A stretch of DNA of 64,000 nucleotides, from contig OZ374561.1 of assembly GCA_977862235.1 (NCBI GenBank), positions 1,550,001 to 1,614,000 on the forward strand, written 5' to 3'. This stretch comes from Dudresnaya verticillata. Taxonomy: Eukaryota. A program made the translations under genes and the position numbers. Of the stretch, positions 12,147 through 22,231 are shown piece by piece. How positions within the stretch are numbered: the first letter of the stretch is position 1; every line of letters begins with the position of its first letter. The notes beneath the pieces are model-generated. The model made no database searches. It worked only from the letters and a program-made list of their open reading frames with translations, and was not told the origin of the DNA.

Positions 12147-12306
12147 AGACCCGCGAAACCAGCAAGGCTGTTTGCATTGGCCCGGTGGGGGCGGACATGT
12201 AGTGGACGTCCCAAACGGGCCGTTGAGGCAGTTGTAACCGCCACCAAAACGCCCGTCTCGCGACGGCCGCGTGGCGACGAAGCCTTATACGCCCATCCGG
12301 CGTCGG
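12147..12306 (-). mobile_element. Fragment of the E2 3' internal region, contiguous with 32729 onward before the solo-LTR insertion
   Basis: Joined to 32729 by the GTCGG target duplication. Confidence 0.65.
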
Positions 12307-12653
12307 TGTAGTGCCAGGGGTGGGCCTGTACTTTTCACTCTGAGCGTGCCGACGGAAAAGAGCCTCCGGCGTCCCAATCGCCGTTGGCGCTCGAACACGT
12401 CATTGACGACTGGCCCTCCGCCGTACGGACGCTGCAACCTCACGCTGGTGAGCATCGGACCCCGGGTACTGTACGCCCGGCGTGCCACAGATCCGGATTG
12501 TACACCGAGATCAACGGGGTATAACGCGCGGGTATGTGAGCCTGGCCGGGATCCGGATCGGATCAGGATCGTACATCGAGATCAATCATCGGGATCCACC
12601 GTAATGTAAGGCGCACGCCTGTAATGGCCCGCGCCTGCAACGCAGGCACCGAT
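12307..12653 (+). repeat. Family-1 solo LTR, 5' part
   Basis: Starts TGTAGTGCCAGGGG like the E1 LTR; preceded by GTCGG (12302-12306). Confidence 0.88.
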
Positions 12654-13552
12654 AACAACAATTTCGCCGGCTACAGAATTTCCAAAACAGAACAGAATTT
12701 TTTGAGGGTCCTTGAATCCCGGCGTTTGATAGCGCGTTGGAAAGGGGGCGCTACCCTGAGAGTAGTGGTGCAAACAGATCGGAGCAAACGCAAATAGTTT
12801 CGGAGTTATGCGCTCCGGCATATGGGCCTCCCCCGGGGTCGAAAGTTCCCGAAAGTTGTGATTTTTCCGAAAAGTTCCCATTAAAAATTCTCCAGAAATT
12901 GATTCTGGCCCGTCCCGCCGCCCGCGCCCCCGCCCCCCGACCGCACACCGCATTCTGGCGACTTCCCGCCGCATTCCGACGCGCTCGGACTTGGCTTCCC
13001 ACCGCATTCCGACGCGCGCTCGGCCACCTCCCCCCGTCCGACAGCCACTCCCACCATCACCCTTCCTGGTGCTGCTACTGGCCCACGCATTCCGCATTCT
13101 GGCGCGTGCACACGCGCTCTGCTTCTGCGTTGCGCGTAATGAGGCGCGCTTCCCCACCCGGGTGGGGCCCCTCCCAGACCCGTAGTGCCGCTCCCCGCCC
13201 CAGTCCTGCCTGTGACCGCACTCTGTCTCACGCTCCCTGCCGTTCACCGACACCTCGCCGTCACCCTTCCCCGCGCTCCTGCGTACCGCGCCCGGCCGCA
13301 TTCTGACACCTCCACATCAAGTTGGCGCATTCGGGCGCATGGTCAGCCCCGCCCAGCAGTCCCCCGACACGACTCCCTCACCCCTACCCCGCTCTCGAGC
13401 GGCACGGTCACCCGCATTCTGACCTGTCCTCACAACTGGGCCCACTACCCGTCCGACCTGGTACACTACCAGGTAGCTAAGCCACTTGCGCACCCGCGGT
13501 TCGGACTCAACTTGTGGCGTAGACTGACGCTACAGGCGTCGATTTCCCTTGC
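12654..13552 (+). repeat. Left TIR (~900 bp) with reiterated CGCATTC motifs
   Basis: 12654..12956 is the reverse complement of 31704..32006; 12951..13552 is the reverse complement of 25327..26035. Confidence 0.93.
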
Positions 13553-13729
13553 GGTTCTGCACAACGGCCTGACCCCATTGCATTCTGTTGTCTGCGCCGC
13601 GTTTATTGCGCCGCAGCTGAGGACCATGCCATACTTCAGTGGGGCACATCCCCGATTGTAGGCCGCCAAATGGACTGAATCGCATTGCTGTGCTCATGGG
13701 AGAAGGCCACCACTTTACTATCTCTAAAG

Positions 13730-14670
13730 TTAGCAATCGCTGCTATCATGCTTGCGCATATACAGCCCTTCACAACTAGACAGTTCATTGTTCAGGCTCC
13801 TCATGATGCACATCCTCACCTCCGGTTTCATTGCGCGGCTGTTGGACATGTATAATTTTGTGCAAAGCAGATGTGTGTAGCGGTCCAGTTGATACGCGTT
13901 CTCTCCGCCCCTGTGCAGCGTTTCGACGATCGCGAAGTCTATAGCATGGGCTGCACCGTGTACGTACTTGCCCCTTCCCACGAGAAGGATTGTCTTCAGC
14001 AACAACCTGTACAACTTTTCCAAAGCTTTCTGATGGTGGGAATGCTCCATCATCGTCTTGTCTGCGTAAAATTGCTGTGATGATTCCCAAGCCATTTGGG
14101 CACGATCCAGGTCATTGTGGTTGTCCAGAATGTCGTCGTCACTGCTAGGGCTTTGGTGCGTCCATTTTCGTGCCTCACGATTAAGATCTTCCTCCATCCG
14201 ACGTTTAACGGCGCTGTATAGCTATTACACATCCAGAATCAAGTAATCCATGGTCTCAATACAGCGGTATTCTGGTCACAGCATATTATGGTGGTGAACG
14301 AACACTTCGTTTCATCTCAGCTCTCTTTCCGAAATGGCCGAGGCCTTTAACTGCGATAGGATCACTGCGTGCCCGGACAATACATGGTCCATCTTTCCAC
14401 GAGCTCACGGGTGTCCATTTCATATGCGTTGGAGATAGCCCTGGGCGCACTCCGGTACGTAGTTGATCAATCACTTACTGCCAATATGCCGCAACGTTGC
14501 CAACAACTGCAGCAGTACGGCACATGTGCCACACTCGCGACAGCCTTCCGTGACAGATTCTGTTTGGTGGACCAAATATAACCCCCGCGTTCATAGTACG
14601 GCACGTGGAAGCACTGGCGTTATTCGAGTAAATGGTGCCTGAAAGACGTCGAATTCATGGACCATGGCGG
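13730..14670 (-). pseudogene. Disrupted ORF of unknown function directly downstream of the MTase
   Basis: Collinear minus-strand ORF pieces (14286..14474, 13730..14197) with protein-like composition; no family recognised. Confidence 0.4.
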
Positions 14671-14759
14671 AAGCAAGACGCAAAGACATGTTCAGAATAC
14701 GGATGCTCGAGAAATGTTCAATTCGGCCTATGACAATAGTACTGTAGTGACTATAATTC

Positions 14760-17747
14760 CTAACCAATCTTCTTCATGTTGTGCAAGTCCCACGAGAACA
14801 ACAAGCCGTTTAGGCCCTTGAGATTGGCAGGAGGGTCCTCTACTCCCTTGAATATATACGGATACGAACTTAGCTCATACTCCGCCATGACCTTCAAACT
14901 GTAGACGACCACAAGATGCTCCCCTGGGTTGGCAGATTCTGACAGATCGTGGCCGTGCAAGCGTTCATTCCAGTTCCCTCCTGGAGTCTTTTCAGGATGC
15001 AACACGGCCTCCCCCACTTCCTTATCATTTGCAAGAAGCGTGACTCTGTCTCCGGCCTTGGGCATTGCACAAGGTTCAGGTGTTTTCCTTCTCCTGCACT
15101 TTTCATTCTGCTCCACACTTCCTACAACTATGTCTTCACTCCTGCCGTGCTTCTCGATACTCTCTTCGGGGTCATCCAATACGTGCTCGGACGGTGTTGT
15201 GAGATGGGACATTTCAGGTCCCTTCTTCGTTACGGAATGGTTTGTTGGTTGAGCAGAATCTGTTTTGACAACACTACCTCTTGCTGCCTCACCGATACCA
15301 TTCAGTTCGTCATGAGCACTTGATTCCAAACGTTTACGACCTGTCTTCATTTTATATGCTTCCGTGGCAAGCCTACGCAAACGTTCAGCCCCCAGCTTGA
15401 ATGTTTCGACCTGTAATTCGATTAGTGTACACCGACGATCTGTTCTGAGAGCTGCAATCCCAGTCGTCATGGTTCCGCTGTGCATATCCAGAACTGACCC
15501 ACCCTCCGGGCAGAATGTTGTCATTATCTCCACAAGTACTTCGGGAGACTTCTCTTCGACCAGAACTGGGGACTTGGTGCCTGGGCGTAGCAACTTGTGT
15601 TTCGGTGTTGGTAGAGAGGACATGCACGCGAATTTCCGCTTTTCTGGGGAGGGGATGCAGTGATACTCGCTCCTAAGGTCGAGCGAGAACCCTCCGCCAT
15701 GCTGACCTAGGGCACGCGCCATGACGGCTATTTCCACACAGTTCTGGGGCATATCGCTCCCCCGATGTTCCTGCATGGTCTTGGGGTCTTTGGAGAATAC
15801 GAATGGGTATGCTGGACACATGAATTGTGCCTTCTTCAGAGCATCGTGGAATACACTGAAGTTCAGGAATGACGTGAAAACAAACAACCACCCCCCTGCT
15901 ACAAGTACGCGCCTCGAGAACTCAACTATCTTCTTAATGTCTTCCTCGCTGAGGTAATTATCGAATGAACTCCCCGACTTAGACTGCGATTTCGGTGTAC
16001 CGTATGGTGGATCTGTGAGGATTAAATCGAATCTTTTGTCACCTTCCTTCATTACGGTACTGTCGTAGCTCTGCCATGTCATCTGAAAGCATGTCAGTTT
16101 CATTTCCGCAAGATAATCTATTGGAACAGAAAGCGATCCGTCCTCCACCGGCACAGGATTAGTACCCATGTTGAGGCGAACAGACTGCTTTGATGACACA
16201 GTTGATATAGTGGGGTCTGTGGGACTCTTTTCCGGTACAGAATGCTCTTTGGCTGCACATGCAGCTGTAGGGTCTGCGTTCTGGACGGGTGCCTGTCCAG
16301 ATTCTGCTGGTTCGCGAACTTCTTCCCTTTTCGAATTGGTTGATGTTACTAAGCACAAAACCTCGTCGTCGTTAGAGATTACGGTAGCGTCCACCTGCGG
16401 TGACAACGTGCAGTCCAAATTCTGTTGACCGTCAGAATCTTTTGCTCCACATGCATTCGAACCCAGGCGGGTCATGACAGCGTCATCACGTCTGCCTTCT
16501 GTCGAATCCATCACAGTTTGCAGATCTTTGTACTTCTGCAACTTCACTGGGGTCTCTTCCGTACAACACTCTCTGTACATCTCAACTATTGTTTTCAACA
16601 GTGTACGGTCATTACCTCGATTCATGATGACCTCGACGTCCAGCTTCGTAGTGTGTAACAGGTTTTCTCTTAATGTACTCATGCCTGACGGCCATTCTGT
16701 CCTCTCCCTCATCGCTTCAAATTTCCGAGTCTCGGAAAGGGCGGCTGAAGCTTTCACGAATTGCTCTTGTGTGTGTCTGGCCGAAACAGGTTTGAAATTG
16801 TGTGTCCTTGACACCTCTCGAAGCCTGTACAGGGTAGCTATTTGAACAGTAATGCCTTTGTCAGAGCTGCCTGCATTCATAAAGGCCTTGGAAGACTTGA
16901 TGGAACTGACGTGAATGAAGCGTCTGTATACTCTGCAATCCAGATTCTGCATCGCAACGTTTGAGTCTATGGCCTTTCCGGAAGCAGTCAACAGTTGCAT
17001 AGTTGCTAGTTCAGGGACCTCCTCCTTCATTATCTTCCCAATTACATCGATAACGCGACGGTCAAGAAGAAGAACGGTTGCCGCTGTCTGTTTGATAGCG
17101 TTTTCCGATAGGTGACTGCATCCATCGTATGCTTCGGCAACTGCCGTCGCAGTCGGAATCTTCCCATTACTGGCTTCGAGACGGTCTGCCTCTTTCCTCA
17201 GACCGCATATCTGATCGTAAAACGTGGTCTCTACAAAAAGGCTGGAGTCGTGCTTTCTGTTCTGATGACGAGCCAGTTGCTTCAGAATCTGGATGTTGTG
17301 CCCCCCTTTAAGCACAGTGGCAGTCAAAGCAAACCCCTTCCATGTCTCCCGGTCTTCATCGATTAGCTCCATAATGGCGATAAGTCGATGCATGCCATCA
17401 ACCACTCCGAACCACTCCGACCGACTGGAGGCCTCTTCTTTCACCTGTTTCTTTGTGTACTCTGTCCCATCCGCATTCCGTTTAGCTCGTAGAAACTCAA
17501 AAATGAAACTCCTGAAGGGACCTGTTAGGCGAGCCAGTACGGGCGCATCAGAACCGGCAATGTACCCGTTGTTGTAGTTAGCGCTCCTCGTCCCACCACC
17601 CCTGAAAATCTTATTGAGCCTCTCAACACCGGATCTCGAGTCCCTTATATCAGTCATCGGAACACAGGACCTGGGGTCTATTCGAATGTTGGTAGACCCC
17701 TCCATGACATCTCCAAATAGTGCCTGTGCCATCTCCTCCTTCCTCAA
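14760..17747 (-). CDS. ParB/Srx-like domain fused to a beta-class N6-adenine/N4-cytosine DNA methyltransferase plus a C-terminal domain shared with the transposase
   Basis: VVDGMHRLIA (ParB-like, ~17385-17400); FDLILTDPPYG motif IV (DPPY at 16002-16013); RVLVAGG; EK.PEVL; SAM-binding motif I GGSVLDMHSGTMTTGIAA (~15470-15500); IEL. The IV-before-I order defines the beta class. Confidence 0.9.
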   Translation of the reverse strand: MRKEEMAQALFGDVMEGSTNIRIDPRSCVPMTDIRDSRSGVERLNKIFRGGGTRSANYNNGYIAGSDAPVLARLTGPFRSFIFEFLRAKRNADGTEYTKKQVKEEASSRSEWFGVVDGMHRLIAIMELIDEDRETWKGFALTATVLKGGHNIQILKQLARHQNRKHDSSLFVETTFYDQICGLRKEADRLEASNGKIPTATAVAEAYDGCSHLSENAIKQTAATVLLLDRRVIDVIGKIMKEEVPELATMQLLTASGKAIDSNVAMQNLDCRVYRRFIHVSSIKSSKAFMNAGSSDKGITVQIATLYRLREVSRTHNFKPVSARHTQEQFVKASAALSETRKFEAMRERTEWPSGMSTLRENLLHTTKLDVEVIMNRGNDRTLLKTIVEMYRECCTEETPVKLQKYKDLQTVMDSTEGRRDDAVMTRLGSNACGAKDSDGQQNLDCTLSPQVDATVISNDDEVLCLVTSTNSKREEVREPAESGQAPVQNADPTAACAAKEHSVPEKSPTDPTISTVSSKQSVRLNMGTNPVPVEDGSLSVPIDYLAEMKLTCFQMTWQSYDSTVMKEGDKRFDLILTDPPYGTPKSQSKSGSSFDNYLSEEDIKKIVEFSRRVLVAGGWLFVFTSFLNFSVFHDALKKAQFMCPAYPFVFSKDPKTMQEHRGSDMPQNCVEIAVMARALGQHGGGFSLDLRSEYHCIPSPEKRKFACMSSLPTPKHKLLRPGTKSPVLVEEKSPEVLVEIMTTFCPEGGSVLDMHSGTMTTGIAALRTDRRCTLIELQVETFKLGAERLRRLATEAYKMKTGRKRLESSAHDELNGIGEAARGSVVKTDSAQPTNHSVTKKGPEMSHLTTPSEHVLDDPEESIEKHGRSEDIVVGSVEQNEKCRRRKTPEPCAMPKAGDRVTLLANDKEVGEAVLHPEKTPGGNWNERLHGHDLSESANPGEHLVVVYSLKVMAEYELSSYPYIFKGVEDPPANLKGLNGLLFSWDLHNMKKIG

Positions 17748-17749
17748 GG

Positions 17750-18710
17750 GCTCACTTGACCCCCTGCTCCGCTTCTTGCGCTTCGAAATGGTGTGCGAGA
17801 GAAAGAGTCACTGTGCACGTGAAAACCGCTCTCCTTGAAAGAGTACGGAAAGGGGTACTGCATGTCCGACGAGTTGTCCAGATTCTGTTCAGAAAACCTT
17901 CCGCAAGAAATTCTTTACGTCCCCGGCTCATGTTTGCACGGTGCAGTTTTCGACTGACACCATACGGGCTTTCGACACACTGGACGGCGGCAGTACGACA
18001 TGGATGTGCCGCAAATTCCGAGATGGCACGGGAGGTCACGTGGATTGTTCACCGGGTGTGGGCAGTCTCCATCAGAACTATCCTTAGCACAGGCCGTACA
18101 GTTGGAATTGGTAGGATGCAGGTTTCAGCGGACCTGCAGGGCGAGATGTAACAAAGTCAATTAGGGCATGCTGCTCGCTGTCCCAGCCGACTTGGCCGGA
18201 CTTTGAAGTTGAGGCCGGCCTGGCCAGGTGCTGATACTGCGAGTAAAATAGCATGCCACACACGGTTTCGGTGAGTACTGGCACACCGTTGCCAGCGGCG
18301 TGCCAGCGGGGGGCGCGGCGGTCAATTTACGAGGAACAGGTTCTCGGGGGTGGGAGGTGTCAACACCTGTGCGTGCAATATCCGTATCAGGGAACAGGTG
18401 GGGCGAGAGCGCCGGGCCAAATAGCTGTTCATTTGATGTGGCAAAATGCGCTCTGAAAAACCTGTATAGATTTTCTGTCCAATGATATTGAATAAGCTTG
18501 TAAAAGGGTCTTTCCATTGGGCCGCCGTCAACACCTTTACAGCTTCTGAATGCGGCCAAGTCACATTGCTATGAGAACAGATATTGCGCTTCACGGCAAC
18601 GGAGGAGCCCAAAGTGCAATATCAGTATCGGGGAACAGGTCCTGAGAGCCAGCAAACTCCACAATCTATCTGGCCTCGGCGCTGCTCCCGCTCCTGCTGC
18701 TGCTCATCTT
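17750..18710 (-). pseudogene. Probable disrupted N-terminal extension or upstream ORF of the MTase gene
   Basis: The MTase frame stays open upstream apart from a TGA near 17808; the peptide LFPDTDIA is encoded twice (~18375-18400 and ~18615-18640). Confidence 0.4.
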
Positions 18711-19314
18711 CCCGTTCCGCACGCACAACAACCTGCACCCGTCGCACCTGTGCCTAGTTCATCCGCAGTCCGCGCTGCGCTTCGTCTGCCGCGCCGCCGA
18801 CACCCTCACGTACCTTGCCGTGGCATCCGCCCGCCTGCAAGTCCCCCTCGACCACTTGCGCCGCTTCGCCGCCGTCCCAATCCCCGCTAACGTCCGCGTC
18901 GACACGCAGCTCCACCCTCGCTTCGCCGTCGAGGTCATCGCGCTGCACCACCCGCTGCACTTAGCCTCCCTCGCGCGCGTGGACCACTGCCAAGCCGCCG
19001 TTCAAGCGCTCAACGCCTTCCTGCACGAGTCCCGCGTAGACTCGCACAACCCACTGCCGCACCCGCCCGCCTCGCTCTTCGACCACGCCCCGGTCGACGC
19101 GCGCCAGCCTGACCATGCGCCCACGCTTGGCCTTGAAACAGGAGGCGAGCAATTTACTCCCATTGATGGCATGAACGAGGGCGAGGCGCTGTATGTCGCC
19201 CATGGGCGCCCTTTTGCCACGTGATTGAAAGAGCAGCATACTTCAAACATCTGCAGCCACCCCATCACTGCTGCCGCAATACAACATCTGCATCCTCGGG
19301 ATGTCTCTTCAGAT

Positions 19315-19566
19315 ACACGGGGTTGAATGTACGGACATGTCGAGATAATCTTCTGACCTTTATCCCGGGCAATGTCGCAAACGAAATGCACGAGCTTTCC
19401 TGCAATTCCTTGGCCACGCATGCGACTCTGGCACATATGTACTGTACATGTCGTAGGCAGTAACCCCATCAACATCTTTCAGAGGATAGCGAAGAACAGC
19501 CAGGTCATCCACCCCTTCAGGGGTGAGCGAAAAACGATTCTCTTCCGGTTCATGTCGAATCGCCAT
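19315..19566 (-). pseudogene. Captured GNAT acetyltransferase (YjdJ/NATD1-like), frameshifted
   Basis: MAIRHEPEENRF..YDMYSTYVPES / MRGQGIAGKLV..ARDKGQKIISTCPYI across two frames; RGQGIA acetyl-CoA motif and C-P-Y signature. Confidence 0.8.
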
Positions 19567-20399
19567 TGCCGCTGCAGGAGTAGCGCTCACCTTCAGGCTG
19601 CAGGCCCTATTCCAAAACCTCTTGCTTGATGATGGGAGCTTTGGGGGCCCTAACGAAGGATATCCTAGCGGAGATAAGGGCGATGGGTGGGAAAAGATCC
19701 TTTCAGCAACGTAGCTGTGCAGAGCAGATGAACGCTGACAAAGACCTTCTGCTGCTGTCGACCGCACTACCCCAGGCTAGGAGGGTACTTGTCGAGAAGA
19801 TGGAGGTCAGTAAAATGGTGAGTTGAAATACCCATGCATCGTGGGAAATGCAAGAGGTTGAGCCGCGGGTAGGCGCAACATACGCTCACCTTAAAATGCG
19901 AGACGAGAAACTGTAGCGGGATTCGCATAGTCTGGTAAAGTGGGGGACCCTCGCCGGCACCGTCGTTGCTCGTGCAACTGGGAAATCGCTTGTTGCTGCT
20001 GTGGACGCAAGTAAGGGTGAGCGTGAATGTTTTTGAGGTCCAGAACGCTCGACGGAGAAACTTCCGGAAGACTGATGTATCGCATCGAAACTCAACGATA
20101 AAAAACAGGACGACCTCGCCATCCGGATTTAATTTGTCGGGGCTATTAGATACACTGTTCATGTTCTGCTGTCCAGGACGGTGCAGGACCATAGTGCCAT
20201 AGCTTTTGTTTTTGCGCTGTGGTGCACGGTTCATGAACAAAACTAGCCCCTGTTTGTGACTTTTGCAGTGATCGTACCGACAGTCAAGGGATGCCACTTA
20301 CTTCGCTATCAATATGTAGCAAGTAATCGCTGTCGACTTGCCCTGTCTCCACACTCTTGATCCTTGTTACGCCTAACGCCAAGCGCAATAAGACGCCAG

Positions 20400-21480
20400 C
20401 GTTTTGCGTGGCACTCATTTCATGTAGCACAAGCCAACACTCCTTCTTCTCCCGGGGCCCAGATTTCGGCATCTGCTTGAGCTCGAGCTCAAGGAGATGC
20501 CGAAATACCAGGATCCTGGTAGTCAAGTTTTCCGTACTGCAATACAAGCCCCTGATGCGGCCTTTGTATTCTCAAGGCAGTTAAACGATATCCCAACAAG
20601 AGCTTCGACTCGGTTACCTTGAAATGCTTACCGCCGACTTCGTAAATCAATGCTGCTGCTGCCCGCAGGCAAGCATGAAATAAGTCTTCTGTATATGTGA
20701 CTAGTCCTGCATTTCGTGAGAGAACGCTGACAATTGTTTCCGACATTTCTCCTGCAACGGAAGCTTCGTTGGGAAGGGTAAGTTTCAGGAGCTTTTGCAC
20801 GTTGTTGACTGCATTCAGAGTTAAGGAATCCTGGGATATTCTCAGCGATTGGACAACCATAGGCAAAAAGGGCTCTACCATTGCTTGTAACTCACGTGAT
20901 TCTGTACCAGAGCCCATTACGACGTCCATGATCTTGCTGATCGTGCTTCCCAACAACAGCATACCAAAACTGATCATTCGGTGCCTATTAGCTACAGTGT
21001 TTCTCAGTTCGTCCTCTTCACCACGCGAATCAGAAATGGCGGTAATGAGCTCCTTCCCCTTCGGCTTTGTGCCTTCGGTTAGAGATTGATGACTGACTGT
21101 GAATGCATCAGCTGAGAGCACAGAACTATTCGTAGAAAGCCCTCGAAGCAGTTTTTGTAAGACGATATCAAGCCGTGGTAAGAGCTTAGATGAAGATGTT
21201 TGCACCATCACTTCTTCGAATGGACATTCGATCAGCCCGGACTTATCACACTCACTGCGCCTGAATGAAATGTTGCGAGTCGGGCGATGCGTTTAACACA
21301 TTCATAAGCTCTCGATGCACGTGCCGAAGCCTCCCTCTGTCTTGAGCTGGAAACATTCGGGTCTTGAAAGTCATTGCCAATAACAGATACACCGCTTTCT
21401 AACTCTTCCATCAAGTTCGTTGTAATGCTAGGAACAAGTTCATCATTTGGATACACAGGCGCGGCAACATTCTCAGCTTC
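20400..21480 (-). pseudogene. Captured internal fragment of a HEAT-repeat protein resembling UTP20 (SSU processome)
   Basis: Blocks RGLSTN, NRHRMISFGMLLL, AMVEPFLPMVVQSL, LLKLTLP and DLFHACLR resemble my recollection of UTP20; frameshifted; no gene start or end. Confidence 0.6.
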
Positions 21481-22231
21481 TCTATTGCCGAATTCTTGAA
21501 CGCCAATGCGTGCCGTCCAGGATGAGCATGCTCACCCACGCACGGCAATCTGCAGACGACTCACACGGTTCGCAGTGCGGACGGCTGAGATGAGCTAGGC
21601 CCGTTCGGCTGATATGCGCCTGCCCATGATGCCCGCGCTCACGCCAGGCTTGGTAATGTGCGTCGTGAACCGGACGTTGTTGTCGAGGAGAGATACGAGC
21701 CCTGTTGTCTGCTTCGCCGATCCCAAAACCATCAGAGAGACTGAAACAACTGGAGCAGCAGCATTGCCATTCGTGCTGTGCGGCAACTTCCTTGGAAGCG
21801 TGTGAAAACGATATCAACTCGTGATGTCGGCGCTCTGCAGCCGCCAGGACACCCCAGGGTGACCGTCAGCTTTATGTGTCCGCCTCCCAGAAGCTGCAGC
21901 TTGTGTGGCTCCGCAGGCATGCGGAGAGTTGTCCTGAAATGTAATTGGCCAAGTGCAGAACCAGAATCTGATCACAAACAGAATCTGGGTTGCAGAATAA
22001 CCCAGATGCACCCCGTGCAGCCACTCGTGCCGCTCCACGGGTGTGAAGCCTCAAGAGCAGGCAACAGGCGGCGCGCCGCGGTATCACAGAGGGTATTTAA
22101 TGCGCACGCGTTTTGCTGCGAAGTGCTGCGCCTCCCCACCAGGTCGGCCAGGTGCCTTAACAGACTGCAAAGTGGGCGCTCTGCTTAGAGCGTGAAGGGA
22201 AGACAGAACGAGTGGCACTCTCACAAGCTGT

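Noticed and set aside
12582..13661. ORFs within TIRs and LTRs (also 25293-26302, 31581-32093, 44657-45498)
   Set aside because: These are GC-rich repeat-derived shadow ORFs with no protein motifs.
14760..17747. Bacterial contamination or a restriction-modification system
   Set aside because: The gene is embedded in TSD-supported nested eukaryotic elements, shares a domain with the adjacent transposase, and has no cognate restriction enzyme or operon.
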